Part shown: positions 14,655 through 15,181 of the stretch, piece by piece | Numbering within the stretch: the first letter of the stretch is position 1 | How the letters are laid out: each line of letters starts with the position of its first letter | NCBI GenBank assembly: GCA_046075565.1 | Contig: JBJTQJ010000116.1 | Location: 1-15,181, forward strand | Reading direction: 5' to 3' | Length of the DNA: 15,181 nucleotides | Source: Verrucomicrobiales bacterium | Lineage (GTDB): Bacteria > Verrucomicrobiota > Verrucomicrobiia > Verrucomicrobiales > SLCJ01 | The notes under the pieces: generated by a model | Seen by the model: the letters and a program-made list of their open reading frames with translations, nothing else | Database searches by the model: none | Told to the model about the DNA's origin: nothing | Position numbers and translations under genes: made by a program

Positions 14655-15181
14655 TCACATGCCCCCGAGTTGCGCCAATTCCGCCAACGTATCCTCGTTC
14701 TTGTGATTGCCCTTGATGAAGCGGCGGTAAATGTGTCCACCACCCCAGATGAGGTCCTGGCACTTGTCCATCTTCATGACAGCGGAAGCCATGCCCGGAG
14801 ATTCCGACCATTCCTTGCCGCGCACCGCCGCGCCCTGCACGGCCTGGGCATACAGTGCGTGATCAAAATCCTCTGTCTCGTGCACTTTGCCGTCGTGGAT
14901 ATGCACGGTAGGAAAAAAGAGCGTGGCCCCCTGGGATGTGCGGAAATTCAACGCCATGGGATGGACCTCGTGTTTGCCTTGCTTGAGTTTGAAAACGGTG
15001 AACCCGAATTCCCGGTAAGCGGGCAGTTTTTCCCAAACGCCTTCGGGCAGTTTGAACCGATCATCCAGCCTTCCGAAGTCCCCGATGCCCGGCACGTAAC
15101 TCGCCTCGAAGGCACCTATCTGCTCAACGGGCAGGGTGTTCGCCGCGAGGGGAACGGCACTTTTGCTGCGGGCAAAGCTCT
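14655..15181 (-). CDS. Conserved hypothetical protein, 5'-truncated by the window edge (loosely DUF2330-like)
   Basis: Frame stays open to the edge: SFARSKSAVPLAANTLPVEQIGAFEASYVPGIGDFGRLDDRFKLP...FGFTVFKLK...VHPMALNF...LFFPTVHIHDGKVHETEDFDHALYAQ. Protein-like composition; family assignment is tentative. Confidence 0.75.
   Translation of the reverse strand, partial: SFARSKSAVPLAANTLPVEQIGAFEASYVPGIGDFGRLDDRFKLPEGVWEKLPAYREFGFTVFKLKQGKHEVHPMALNFRTSQGATLFFPTVHIHDGKVHETEDFDHALYAQAVQGAAVRGKEWSESPGMASAVMKMDKCQDLIWGGGHIYRRFIKGNHKNEDTLAELAQLGGM

Noticed and set aside
1-15181. Anti-phage defence system, prophage, transposase, tRNA or rRNA
   Set aside because: No supporting motifs were recognised anywhere in the window.

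Overview
GC-rich (roughly 60%) bacterial chromosomal window, probably Verrucomicrobia/PVC (inferred from gene types and repeat style, not verified). Left to right: a rex–Ogg-type 8-oxoguanine glycosylase pair on the minus strand (ogg runs off the left edge and is missing from the ORF track), with a sigma70-like promoter and a Rex-box-like palindrome at the predicted start of transcription; a divergent stand-alone type IIA topoisomerase A subunit (ParC-like); a GT-C/ArnT-PMT-like membrane glycosyltransferase with an odd lower-GC C-terminal tail; an SRPBCC gene with possible integron-cassette relics on both sides; an ECF sigma / membrane anti-sigma / TolB-like beta-propeller lipoprotein operon; a ~730 bp non-coding mosaic of GTAG/GGAG-footed REP-like hairpins; a Tyr/Gly-rich lipoprotein; rfaD (hldD); a SMUG1-family uracil-DNA glycosylase; a nested REP/heptamer inverted repeat; and a minus-strand unit of conserved hypothetical gene, Stf3-like sulfotransferase and cytochrome P450. 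The strongest candidate novel systems are the P450–sulfotransferase pair (hydroxylate-then-sulfate logic as in mycobacterial cyp128–stf3, but with a different P450 type), the three-gene ECF envelope-signalling module, and Rex control of 8-oxoG repair. Family assignments come from motif recognition only; no searches were run.
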